Shown here: positions 41,324-49,980 of the stretch, piece after piece
How positions within the stretch are numbered: the stretch's first letter is position 1
Layout of the letters: each line of letters starts with the position of its first letter
DNA from: Desulfomonilia bacterium
GTDB lineage: Bacteria; Desulfobacterota; Desulfomonilia; UBA1062
Assembly (NCBI GenBank): GCA_963664325.2
Contig: CAXXDQ010000003.1
Span: 64,001-128,000 of the forward strand
Length of the DNA stretch: 64,000 nucleotides
Direction: 5' to 3'
Notes under the pieces: model-generated
What the model was told of the DNA's origin: nothing
Databases searched by the model: none
The model's input: the letters and a program-made list of their open reading frames with translations, nothing else
Program-made: the position numbers and the translations under genes

Positions 41324-41405
41324 TGCCGCTTCCTTGTCCCGTCCAAGCAGCGTACGTTTATGTACGCCCGGTTCCTCGGTTTCCTCGCTTCTAGGTCCGT
41401 TTTGT
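41324..41405. repeat. Dispersed palindromic repeat copy with GCGTAC-loop-GTACGC core
   Basis: GCGTAC(41350-41355)/GTACGC(41362-41367); collinear with 560-640. Confidence 0.65.
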
Positions 41406-41493
41406 CATGACGCTCAACAGTCTAACAGGATATTTTGTTATGATAGCCAGAGAATAGATGAACAGGTCTATTCAGCCCGTTCTTCAATTATAT

Positions 41494-41706
41494 TCAGGAG
41501 TTCTTTTTCCCCAGCAGATAACCGAAACCAAGGCCTATTAAAAATGTCCCGGAAACTATTATCCATTTGGGGCCTGAAAATAGTGTCCAGATAAGAAACT
41601 GGAAGGAAGTCTGCTCAAAGTTCTGGAGTATGAAAATGATTCCGAAAAGGACTAAAAGGCCGATCACTATCCACTTCGAATTTGACTTTATCCCGCCAAT
41701 ATCCAT
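41494..41706 (-). CDS. LapA/DUF1049-like small membrane protein
   Basis: Two TM segments with IFILQN...FLIW; start uncertain (41706 or 41712). Confidence 0.7.
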   Translation of the reverse strand: MDIGGIKSNSKWIVIGLLVLFGIIFILQNFEQTSFQFLIWTLFSGPKWIIVSGTFLIGLGFGYLLGKKNS

Positions 41707-41781
41707 CTTCAAAGACTCCGTTTTAAATAGATGAAAGAATATTGCATGTGCGGGCTTGAAGTGTCAACAGACTTTAGACCT

Positions 41782-41817
41782 AAAAAATAGAAATCCCGCC
41801 ATAATGCTGGCGGGATT
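41782..41817 (-). terminator. Terminator of rpsT
   Basis: AATCCCGCCA/TGGCGGGATT stem followed by T-rich sequence on the minus strand. Confidence 0.75.
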
Positions 41818-41836
41818 GTTTGGTTGAACGGATATT

Positions 41837-42109
41837 TTATGCCTGCGCCGATGCTTCGCTGAATTTCTTTGTAAGCCTTGATATCTTGCGTGATACGGTG
41901 TTCCGATTAAGGACGCCCTTGTTCACGGCGCTGTCAAGTTTGGCTATTGCTGTTTTGAATGTGGCCTTTGCCTCATCTGTGTTTTTTTCTTCAAGCAGGG
42001 TGAATGCCTTTTTAATAATTGTGTTGATTTCAGATCTGGAGCTCTTGTTTCTTATGCGCCTTTTTTCGCTCTGCTTTACCCTTTTAAGTGCAGACGGATT
42101 GTTTGCCAT
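41837..42109 (-). CDS. rpsT: 30S ribosomal protein S20
   Basis: MANNPSALKRVKQSEKRRIRN...KGVLNRNTVSRKISRL. Confidence 0.97.
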   Translation of the reverse strand: MANNPSALKRVKQSEKRRIRNKSSRSEINTIIKKAFTLLEEKNTDEAKATFKTAIAKLDSAVNKGVLNRNTVSRKISRLTKKFSEASAQA

Positions 42110-42151
42110 AACTTATATTTCCTCCTAAGTATTCTCGCTGTGAGCTAAAAC

Positions 42152-42180
42152 CTAATATATAGGGCTTAATTATAAGTCAA
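42152..42180 (-). promoter_or_regulatory. sigma70-like promoter of rpsT
   Basis: TTGACT-N17-TATTAG on the minus strand. Confidence 0.6.
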
Positions 42181-42211
42181 GGTTTTTTATAGCGATGACC
42201 TTAAAATGGGC

Positions 42212-42285
42212 AAAAAAAATGCAGGTCTTTGGCGACCTGCAACATATGAGGAGGTTCTACGGGGAATGAACCTTGAAGAACCTAA
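42212..42285 (-). ncRNA. Candidate small regulatory RNA (~75 nt)
   Basis: Upstream sigma28-like promoter, 5' stem AGGUUCU/AGAACCU, CCUCCUC anti-SD, and terminator UGCAGGUC/GACCUGCA followed by U8. Confidence 0.55.
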
Positions 42286-42291
42286 TATTAC

Positions 42292-42318
42292 CTATCGGCA
42301 CGACTTTTAAAATACTTA
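42292..42318 (-). promoter_or_regulatory. sigma28-like promoter
   Basis: TAAG-N15-GCCGATAG on the minus strand, with an A-rich tract upstream. Confidence 0.6.
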
Positions 42319-42379
42319 ACACTTTTTTTTTATTTTTTTTAAAATATTTTTTATTTTCTTTTTTTGATATATTATTCCC

Positions 42380-43657
42380 ATGAGGAAATCCGCTCAGCCA
42401 CTTGCTTTCAGGATAAGGCCGGCCGGCCTTGACGACCTCATTGGACAGACCCAGGCAAAAAAATATATTACTGATTTTCAAAAAGGTGCCGCCAAGTCGG
42501 CCATATTATGGGGACCTCCCGGCAGCGGAAAGACGACCGTTGCAACAATAATTAGCAGACTCTTTCCCGAAAGGTTCAATTCCCTGAGTGCGGTAACAAG
42601 CGGGCTGCAGGAATTAAGGAAGATTACCGGCGAGGCCGACAATAAAACCGAAACCCCGATCGTTTTCATAGACGAGATACACCGCTACAACAAGGCACAG
42701 CAGGATGCCCTGCTGCCCCATGTGGAGAGCGGAAGGATAATATTCATAGGTGCAACGACCGAAAATCCTTCTTTTTCCATAATTTCCCCGCTCCTTTCAA
42801 GGGCCAGGGTGGTTGTGCTCGGATCGCTTTCAGCCGATGAAATCACTGCAATTCTCGAAAGGGCCCTTAAGGATGATACGCTCAGGTCGCTGGGGAGGGA
42901 AATAGAACAGGAGGCAGTTGCCTCGATTGCAGGTGCGGCCGACGGTGATGCAAGGGCTGCTTTGAACCTTCTTGAGTTCATAATGACAAGGTCCGAAAAT
43001 CCCGTCATCAGAAAAGATGACCTTGAAGGGCTTCTTGAAAGGCCGCTTTATCATGACAGAATGGGCGAGTATCACTATGACCTGATCAGCGCCTTTCATA
43101 AATGCGTACGCGCTTCCGATGTCGACGCCAGTGTCTACTGGCTTGCAAGGATGATGGAGGCGGGCGAAGACCGGGTATATATATTAAGACGCATGATCCG
43201 CATGGCCTCGGAAGACATAGGCATGGCCGACCCGAATGCCTTGCGCATGGTTATGGCGGCCAGGGATGCATTCATTTCCGTAGGCATGCCGGAAGGGGAT
43301 ATCGCCCTTTATCAGGCTGCCGTATATCTGGCTCTGGCGCCGAAGAGCAATGCCCTTTATATTATGGAAATAAAGGCAAAGAAACTGATAGCAAAGACAG
43401 GCACGCCACCCGTCCCCCTTGCCATCAGGAATGCCCCGACAAAGCTGATGCAGGAGCTTGGTTATGCAAAGGGTTATGCATACGCGCATGATGACCGGGA
43501 GGGTGCGCTCCTGATGGAATACATGCCGGAAGGCCTTGAAGGGACAACACTTTATACACCTGGAAACGAAGGTTTTGAAAAAAGGCTCAAGGAGATAATA
43601 GATGCTAGAAACAAGGCTAAGAGAGCTGCATCAGGAAAGGCTCGCAAACCTGATTGA
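42380..43657 (+). CDS. rarA: Replication-associated recombination protein A (RarA/MgsA)
   Basis: Motifs WGPPGSGKTT, FIDEIHR, GATTENPSF, ASEDIG and APKSN. Confidence 0.95.
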   Translation: MRKSAQPLAFRIRPAGLDDLIGQTQAKKYITDFQKGAAKSAILWGPPGSGKTTVATIISRLFPERFNSLSAVTSGLQELRKITGEADNKTETPIVFIDEIHRYNKAQQDALLPHVESGRIIFIGATTENPSFSIISPLLSRARVVVLGSLSADEITAILERALKDDTLRSLGREIEQEAVASIAGAADGDARAALNLLEFIMTRSENPVIRKDDLEGLLERPLYHDRMGEYHYDLISAFHKCVRASDVDASVYWLARMMEAGEDRVYILRRMIRMASEDIGMADPNALRMVMAARDAFISVGMPEGDIALYQAAVYLALAPKSNALYIMEIKAKKLIAKTGTPPVPLAIRNAPTKLMQELGYAKGYAYAHDDREGALLMEYMPEGLEGTTLYTPGNEGFEKRLKEIIDARNKAKRAASGKARKPD

Positions 43658-44960
43658 GTCAGGCGCCCAATACGTCAGAAAGGATCAGATCGAGGCTGAT
43701 CTCGATGCGTTCGACCCTCAAGCCGTTAAAGATCTGATTAACGGCCGGAACATGTACACACCGCTTGCGGGTGCAATCGAGCCTGTCGAGATCATTCCCG
43801 CCGGATTTGCATCAAAAGCTGAAGCGGGGCCGTATTATGCCTGCGGTGAAAAACTGATATCGGAGGGAAAAGTTGCCGTAGTGGTTGTGGCCGGGGGACA
43901 GGGTTCAAGGCTTGGCGTTTCGGTCCCCAAGGGCACTGTCGAGGTGAGTCCTGTAAGGCACAAGAGCCTGTTTCAGATTCATTCCGAAAAAATCCTTGCT
44001 TTAAAGAAACGTTATGGCGCCCCAGTGCATTTTTTTATTATGACCTCCAGGGCAAATGATAAGGATACAAAAGCCTTTTTTTCCGGTAACGATTATTTTG
44101 GTCTGGCTCAAAACGAGGTGCATTTCTTTATCCAGGGCATGCTCCCTTCGTTTAACAGTGACGGGGGCTTTATTCTTTCACAAACAGGCGGGCTTTTCAT
44201 GAACCCTGACGGGCATGGCGGGACATTTTCTGCATTAAGGCGTAACGGATGCATAAAATTGATGCAAGCCCACGGAATTGAAGAGCTGTTTTACTTCCAG
44301 GTGGACAACCCGATTGTGAAAATATGTGATCCGCTTTTTATCGGCCTGCACAAAAAAAAGGCGGCACAGATGTCTTCCAAGATACTCAAAAAAAGAAATC
44401 CGGAGGAAAAGGTGGGAGTGATTGCCCGGACAGGCGGCAAAACATGCGTGATTGAATACAGCGACATGCCTCATGACCTGCTTTATGCAAAGGATGAGAA
44501 GGGTGACATGCTCTACTGGGCCGGTTCGATTGCAATCCATATGATAAATGTGGCCTTTGCAGACTGGATAACATCGGAAGGGCTTTCAATTCCTTTCCAC
44601 AGGGCCGTAAAAAAAATTCAGACACTCGATGAGACCGGAAGGGCTTCGGAAATAAACGGTATTAAGTATGAGGGTTTTGTATTTGACGCGCTGCCTTTAA
44701 CCAGCTCGTCGGTTACGCTTGAAGTCAGGCGTGAGGATGAATTTGCACCTGTCAAGAACGCTACAGGGGAAGACTCGCTTGAATCCTCGAAACAGATGCA
44801 GTCCGAACTGCACAGGTCATGGCTAGATAGTGCGGGCCGGACGATTTCACCGGATGCGGCTGTTGAAATAAGCCCTCTTTTCGCCCTCGATGCCGGGGAT
44901 GTAAAAAGGCGTGTTTCGGAAATCCCCGAACTTGCCGGGTCAAATATATATATAGAATAA
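43602..44960 (+). CDS. UDPGP type 1 family (UDP-N-acetylglucosamine pyrophosphorylase-like)
   Basis: Motifs AGGQGSRLG..PKG, PDGHGG, QVDNP, EKVG, IEYSD, FVFD and FAPVKN. Start uncertain (overlaps rarA). Confidence 0.88.
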   Translation: MLETRLRELHQERLANLIESGAQYVRKDQIEADLDAFDPQAVKDLINGRNMYTPLAGAIEPVEIIPAGFASKAEAGPYYACGEKLISEGKVAVVVVAGGQGSRLGVSVPKGTVEVSPVRHKSLFQIHSEKILALKKRYGAPVHFFIMTSRANDKDTKAFFSGNDYFGLAQNEVHFFIQGMLPSFNSDGGFILSQTGGLFMNPDGHGGTFSALRRNGCIKLMQAHGIEELFYFQVDNPIVKICDPLFIGLHKKKAAQMSSKILKKRNPEEKVGVIARTGGKTCVIEYSDMPHDLLYAKDEKGDMLYWAGSIAIHMINVAFADWITSEGLSIPFHRAVKKIQTLDETGRASEINGIKYEGFVFDALPLTSSSVTLEVRREDEFAPVKNATGEDSLESSKQMQSELHRSWLDSAGRTISPDAAVEISPLFALDAGDVKRRVSEIPELAGSNIYIE

Positions 44961-44972
44961 CCGGAGGCCTGA

Positions 44973-47150
44973 TTGAACCTTTTCCTCTCATTCATAAGTT
45001 ATCTGAAAAAGGCATACTGGGAGATTATCATCTGGGTAGGCTCCCTGATTGTACTGGGCTTTGTCGTCGCCTTTGCCATGTATTCCTTCAGGATTGTGGA
45101 AAGGGAGATGGCCGCGCAGTTCAACCGTGAACAGGAGCTACTGGCCGAGCAGATGGCAATGGGCATACAGCAGTATATGAACGACATCATCAACGTGATG
45201 AGCCTCACGTCGCGTATAGAAACTGTTGCAGCCGGAGACCGGGAACAGGTTACGATAGCCATGAAAAACGCCTATACATCCCTGAGGAACAAGGTGAACT
45301 TTATATTCTGGGAAGACACTTCGGGGATCATGCAATACCATTTTCCGTCAGACGTCCTGCCTGGGATTGACGGTAAGGATTTCAGCTACCGCACATATTT
45401 CAGGGTGGCCCGACAGATGAAGGTGCCATATGTATCAGATATAATACTTGTGGGCGGAACTGAAAATAAGGATATACCTGATAAGTTTGAGACCTTCGTC
45501 ATAGTATTTCCGCTTATCGGGGGAGATAAAAAGTTCAACGGCGTAATAGGATGCGCCATCGACCTTAAAAACATTACCGTGCAGTACGTGGCGCCGATCC
45601 AGCCTTCGAAAACCGGATACGCCTGGCTTGTGGACGAATCCGGGATGCTCCTGTACCACCCGGACCCTGCACTCCTCGGCATGAACCTTTACGATGTCAT
45701 CATGAACATGAAGAAGGGGAACATCCCCATCCAGGGTATAGAGGAAGTAAGGCAGGAGATGGAGGTCAAGAACAGCGGAAGTTCCGAGATCGTATTCCCG
45801 CATTATCCGAACGGCGACCTGACCAGGAAGCTCCTTGCGTTTTCGTCCGTGCATTTTTTGAACAGGCGTTGGGTTACCGTTGTCACTTCACCGTACCGCG
45901 AGGTCGTATACCTCATGCAGGGAACCTTCAAGAACACCCTCACGCTCGGGTCTGTCAGCATAGCATTCATTGTCATTGCAACACTTTTTGTCCTGAGGAT
46001 CAACCGTGCTCGTACGAGGGCCGCCGAAAGGAACAGATGGGCGGACCAGGTGCTGACGGCGCATAAGAGGCTTGAAACTGTATTCAACGGCGTGCCCCAT
46101 TTTCTTGTAACGGTTGACGACAGGATGGTTATCAAGGATGCAAACGAGAACTTCTGCGGTCTTTACAAGAAGGAGCGCAGCATGATGACCGGCATAAACT
46201 GTATTGACGATTTTCCCGAAAAACAGATTTTCTGTCCCGAGGAGGTCATACAGGCCGCCTTTGATACCGGCGCAATCCAGACATTAAGGGACAGACTCAT
46301 TGAGATCGACGGCGAAAAACGCTATTTTGACATCAGCGCCATACCCCTTGCAGGAACAACTGGGAATGCGGACATGGTCGTCCAGTACGGCGTCGAGATA
46401 ACCGAAAAAAAGGCGCTGACGGAAAAACTGATTCAGGCGGAAAAGCTTGCCGCAGTAGGCCAGATATCTGCCCATATGGCTCATGAGATAAGAAATCCGC
46501 TTACCTCGATCATGCTGCATTCTGAGCTTCTTGGGGATGAAGTCAAGGCCGGAATGGGCGAGAATACAGAGGCCATGAGGCTACTCAAGGTTGTAATTGA
46601 CGAAATCGACAGGCTCTCGAACATCACAGAAGAATATCTTGCATATGCCAGGCTTCCCATGCCGAAAAAACAGGTGATCGAAGCCGACACTGTCGTTTTG
46701 TCCGTTCTGGAAATGATGCTGCCGGAGATGCACAGGCGCAACATCAACCTGAAATATGCCGAACCCCGTATTTCCACAAAGATCAATATTGACAGCGGCC
46801 AGTTCAGGCAGGTGCTTATAAACCTAATCAAGAATGCCGTCGATGCCATGCCGTCGGGCGGGGAAATAGAAGTATTGATGATGGAGAGAGGCAAGCATCT
46901 CGTATTATTTATTAAGGATACCGGATCGGGAATTCCGAAAGATATAAAAAGGCGCATATTCGATCCTTATTTTACTACAAAAGACAATGGAACGGGTTTG
47001 GGGCTTTATCTGGTGCAATACATAGCCAATGCCCATGACGGATGGGTGGATGTGGAAAGCCAGCGTGGTTCCGGCTCCACTTTCATGCTGACTCTGCCGG
47101 TTTATAATGAAGAAATGGAGAAAGAGAATGATCAGGAAAGCCATAATTAG
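44973..47150 (+). CDS. Sensor histidine kinase (dCache, PAS, HisKA, HATPase)
   Basis: Two TM segments around a Cache domain; AHEIRNPL, NLIKNA, DTGSGI and FTTK..GTGLGL. Confidence 0.93.
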   Translation: MNLFLSFISYLKKAYWEIIIWVGSLIVLGFVVAFAMYSFRIVEREMAAQFNREQELLAEQMAMGIQQYMNDIINVMSLTSRIETVAAGDREQVTIAMKNAYTSLRNKVNFIFWEDTSGIMQYHFPSDVLPGIDGKDFSYRTYFRVARQMKVPYVSDIILVGGTENKDIPDKFETFVIVFPLIGGDKKFNGVIGCAIDLKNITVQYVAPIQPSKTGYAWLVDESGMLLYHPDPALLGMNLYDVIMNMKKGNIPIQGIEEVRQEMEVKNSGSSEIVFPHYPNGDLTRKLLAFSSVHFLNRRWVTVVTSPYREVVYLMQGTFKNTLTLGSVSIAFIVIATLFVLRINRARTRAAERNRWADQVLTAHKRLETVFNGVPHFLVTVDDRMVIKDANENFCGLYKKERSMMTGINCIDDFPEKQIFCPEEVIQAAFDTGAIQTLRDRLIEIDGEKRYFDISAIPLAGTTGNADMVVQYGVEITEKKALTEKLIQAEKLAAVGQISAHMAHEIRNPLTSIMLHSELLGDEVKAGMGENTEAMRLLKVVIDEIDRLSNITEEYLAYARLPMPKKQVIEADTVVLSVLEMMLPEMHRRNINLKYAEPRISTKINIDSGQFRQVLINLIKNAVDAMPSGGEIEVLMMERGKHLVLFIKDTGSGIPKDIKRRIFDPYFTTKDNGTGLGLYLVQYIANAHDGWVDVESQRGSGSTFMLTLPVYNEEMEKENDQESHN

Positions 47151-48189
47151 TCTGGCGATTGTCCTTTGTACGGCAACGGCTGCAGCGGCGGACGGGGCAA
47201 AAGTCACGGCAATGGTCCCGCCGGGAATGGGCGAAGTATTCATGATGTCGCAGGGCACTTCCGAGATGCTAAGATTCATCCATTCGAAATACGACTCGGA
47301 TGTCAAGAGACTTGAAGTCCTTTATAATATTCCGGCCCTTAGGAATCAGATGGATAAATCGAGCATTTTGAGCAGGACCGAGAATGACGCTATGACTGCG
47401 AAAGTGCAGGCTATAAGGAATGAATATGTTTCCAGGTTAAAGATTAAAATCGACAAGGTGAATCCTTTCATATCCCCGGAGACATCCGCCACAGGGGAAA
47501 TAGAATTCACTTATACGGCCACAAACAATTCGGACAGGATAATTGCCGACATAACCTATACCCCCGTGATAGGAAAAATAGAAATACAGACACCCTCAAA
47601 ACTTGTGCTTGACTTCATCGACAGGGCCACACTCAAGGTCGGGCTTGCGCCGGGAAAGACAATGATCACGACGGAAAAAGACCCTGACAGGTTCTCATTC
47701 GTCATGGGACAGATGAACAAAAACGACCTGGCCTATGTCATGAAAAATGTTGAAAAGGGATTATCCCTCAAAATTAAAGATATACATTTCGCAAACTCGA
47801 TTGAATACATGGATCAGAGCAAGCTGCTTACCGTCGAAGAGGCTTTTCCTGAAAGGTTGAAAGACCTGGTTGCCGTCAGTTCAAGCGAGAAAAGGACAGC
47901 CGATGAAAACCTTGATAAATATAGAAAAGCCCAGAAGGAGTTTGATGCCGCAAAATCGACAGCCCTGCTGGAATTTAACCGTGAGGCAGGGGAGCTGAAG
48001 AAATCGGCAGTGAGATATACCTCCAGGGCCGACAGGAAAGGGCGGGCGGTTTTTAAAGAGGTGGCACCCGGAGATTATTATATCTACGGGAGCAAAGACG
48101 GCCGTGTCGTTTTTCAGGAAATTTCCGTCAGGAGTTCCAGATTGAAAGTCAAGGCGGAAGAACTCAGAAAGGACCCGTTCAAGCCATGA
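47128..48189 (+). CDS. Exported hypothetical protein
   Basis: Signal peptide MIRKAIISLAIVLCTATAAAA; overlaps both the kinase and the regulator genes. Confidence 0.75.
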   Translation: MIRKAIISLAIVLCTATAAAADGAKVTAMVPPGMGEVFMMSQGTSEMLRFIHSKYDSDVKRLEVLYNIPALRNQMDKSSILSRTENDAMTAKVQAIRNEYVSRLKIKIDKVNPFISPETSATGEIEFTYTATNNSDRIIADITYTPVIGKIEIQTPSKLVLDFIDRATLKVGLAPGKTMITTEKDPDRFSFVMGQMNKNDLAYVMKNVEKGLSLKIKDIHFANSIEYMDQSKLLTVEEAFPERLKDLVAVSSSEKRTADENLDKYRKAQKEFDAAKSTALLEFNREAGELKKSAVRYTSRADRKGRAVFKEVAPGDYYIYGSKDGRVVFQEISVRSSRLKVKAEELRKDPFKP

Positions 48190-49541
48190 GCAGAAGAATA
48201 CTCGTTGTCGATGATGAAGTGGGCATAAGGGAATCGCTCAAGGTCATCCTGGAGAAGGAAGGTTATGCAGTGGACACGGCCTCGAACGGAGAGGACGCCT
48301 TCAAGATAATCAGGCAGGGCGGGATAGACCTTCTGATAACCGATATCAGGATGGCGGGCATGGACGGACTTGAACTCCTGAAGCTCTGCAAATCTGTATC
48401 GCCCCATTCGGAAGTGATAATGATCACCGGCTATGCTGCTGTGGATACGGCCGTGGAGTCCATGAAGGAAGGGGCTTATGACTACATAACCAAGCCATTC
48501 AAAAAGGCCGAAATATTAAAGGCAGTGGGCAAGGCTATAGAGAAACAGACGCTGGCTCTGGATAACCTCAAGCTTAAAAAACAGGTCGAATCGCTCGAAT
48601 CAGGCCTGATCGTGGGCGCAGAGAGCCGAGCCATGCAGGATGTCATCAACATAGTCAACCAGGCCGCCCCGAGCCAGGCAACCATCCTGATACTGGGAGA
48701 GACCGGCACCGGTAAAGAGGTTATCGCCAACATGATACACCGCCTTTCCCCAAGGGCTGCGCGTCCCATGATAAGGGTCAACTGCGCGGCCATCCCCGAG
48801 ACTCTGATCGAGGCGGAGCTGTTCGGGCATGAGAAAGGCGCTTTCACCGGCGCCGAAGGCCGAAGGGAAGGCAGATTCGAGGCGGCCGACAAGTCGACCA
48901 TCTTTCTGGATGAGATCGGAGAGGTCCCTCAGCCGGTGCAGGTCAAGCTTCTGCGCATACTTCAGGAAGGACAGTTCGAGAGGCTGGGCAGCAACAAAAC
49001 CGTCACCGTTGATGTCAGGATTATCGCCGCAACGAACAGGAAAATCGAGGATATGGTCAGGGAAGGCCGGTTCAGGGAAGACCTTTACTGGCGTCTCAAT
49101 GTAATAACGATCAACCTTCCGCCTCTAAGGGAAAGGAAGGAGGATATTCCGGCGCTCGTCCACCATTTTCTTTCGCGCTATGCCATGAAGAACGGCAAAA
49201 CCGTAAGCGGCATCGAGTCGAGGGCCATGGACATGCTCATGGAATACGCATGGCCGGGCAACGTACGCGAGCTTGAAAACATCGTGGAAAGGAGCGTCGT
49301 GCTCGACAGGGACGGCGTTCTCGGCGAGGACGACCTGCCGCGCAACATGGCTTCGACCGGTATCGCCCAGACAAAGGAAATGCTCACGTTCACGGTCGGC
49401 ACTCCGCTGGAAGAGGTCGAGCGCCAGCTCATGGAAGAGACGCTAAAATATACGAAGGGCGACAAGGCCATGGCCTCGCGCCTGCTTGGCGTGTCCACGA
49501 GGACCCTGTACAGAAAATTCGACAAGACCGAGGATGAATAG
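48186..49541 (+). CDS. sigma54-dependent NtrC/AtoC-type response regulator
   Basis: REC domain, GETGTGKE, GAFTGA, FREDLYWRL, WPGNVREL and C-terminal HTH. Confidence 0.96.
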   Translation: MSRRILVVDDEVGIRESLKVILEKEGYAVDTASNGEDAFKIIRQGGIDLLITDIRMAGMDGLELLKLCKSVSPHSEVIMITGYAAVDTAVESMKEGAYDYITKPFKKAEILKAVGKAIEKQTLALDNLKLKKQVESLESGLIVGAESRAMQDVINIVNQAAPSQATILILGETGTGKEVIANMIHRLSPRAARPMIRVNCAAIPETLIEAELFGHEKGAFTGAEGRREGRFEAADKSTIFLDEIGEVPQPVQVKLLRILQEGQFERLGSNKTVTVDVRIIAATNRKIEDMVREGRFREDLYWRLNVITINLPPLRERKEDIPALVHHFLSRYAMKNGKTVSGIESRAMDMLMEYAWPGNVRELENIVERSVVLDRDGVLGEDDLPRNMASTGIAQTKEMLTFTVGTPLEEVERQLMEETLKYTKGDKAMASRLLGVSTRTLYRKFDKTEDE

Positions 49542-49544
49542 TTG

Positions 49545-49667
49545 GTTCCGTTCCGCATTCAAGCGCTGCCGTTGTCTCTTCGCCTTCGGCTTGAGGAGCG
49601 AAACAGGGTGCACGAGATCTCATTTTCTTCTTGCCTCCTCGGTTTCATCTTGAATACATAACGGAAC
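49545..49667. repeat. MITE/REP-like element
   Basis: TIRs GTTCCGTTCCGCATTCAA / TTGAATACATAACGGAAC (15/18). Internal TGTCTCTT..CCTTCG.CTTGAGGAG.GAA is shared with 24160-24300. Confidence 0.75.
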
Positions 49668-49980
49668 TCTGCACAGAACATTATAACTTTACATATCAAT
49701 CCGGCAAAAACCAAAGGGCCTTGAAATGGGACAAATTAATAGATTTATCATGGATCAGGGCCAGGCACCTTTTCGTTTCTGAGTACAGCAATATCAACTG
49801 ACATATGGATTGAATTCCCTTTTCTAGTTGAAAAGTATATTAATGGAAACAGCACAAAGGTGTTTCAGATAAAGTACTGCTGAGCGGCGGGAATATTGAG
49901 GTGGCACTAAGAGCCCTCTGCAGGCCGGATGCCAAAGATTGAGGATATCGGCTCAAAAAACTTTTCAAGGAGATCTGAAT

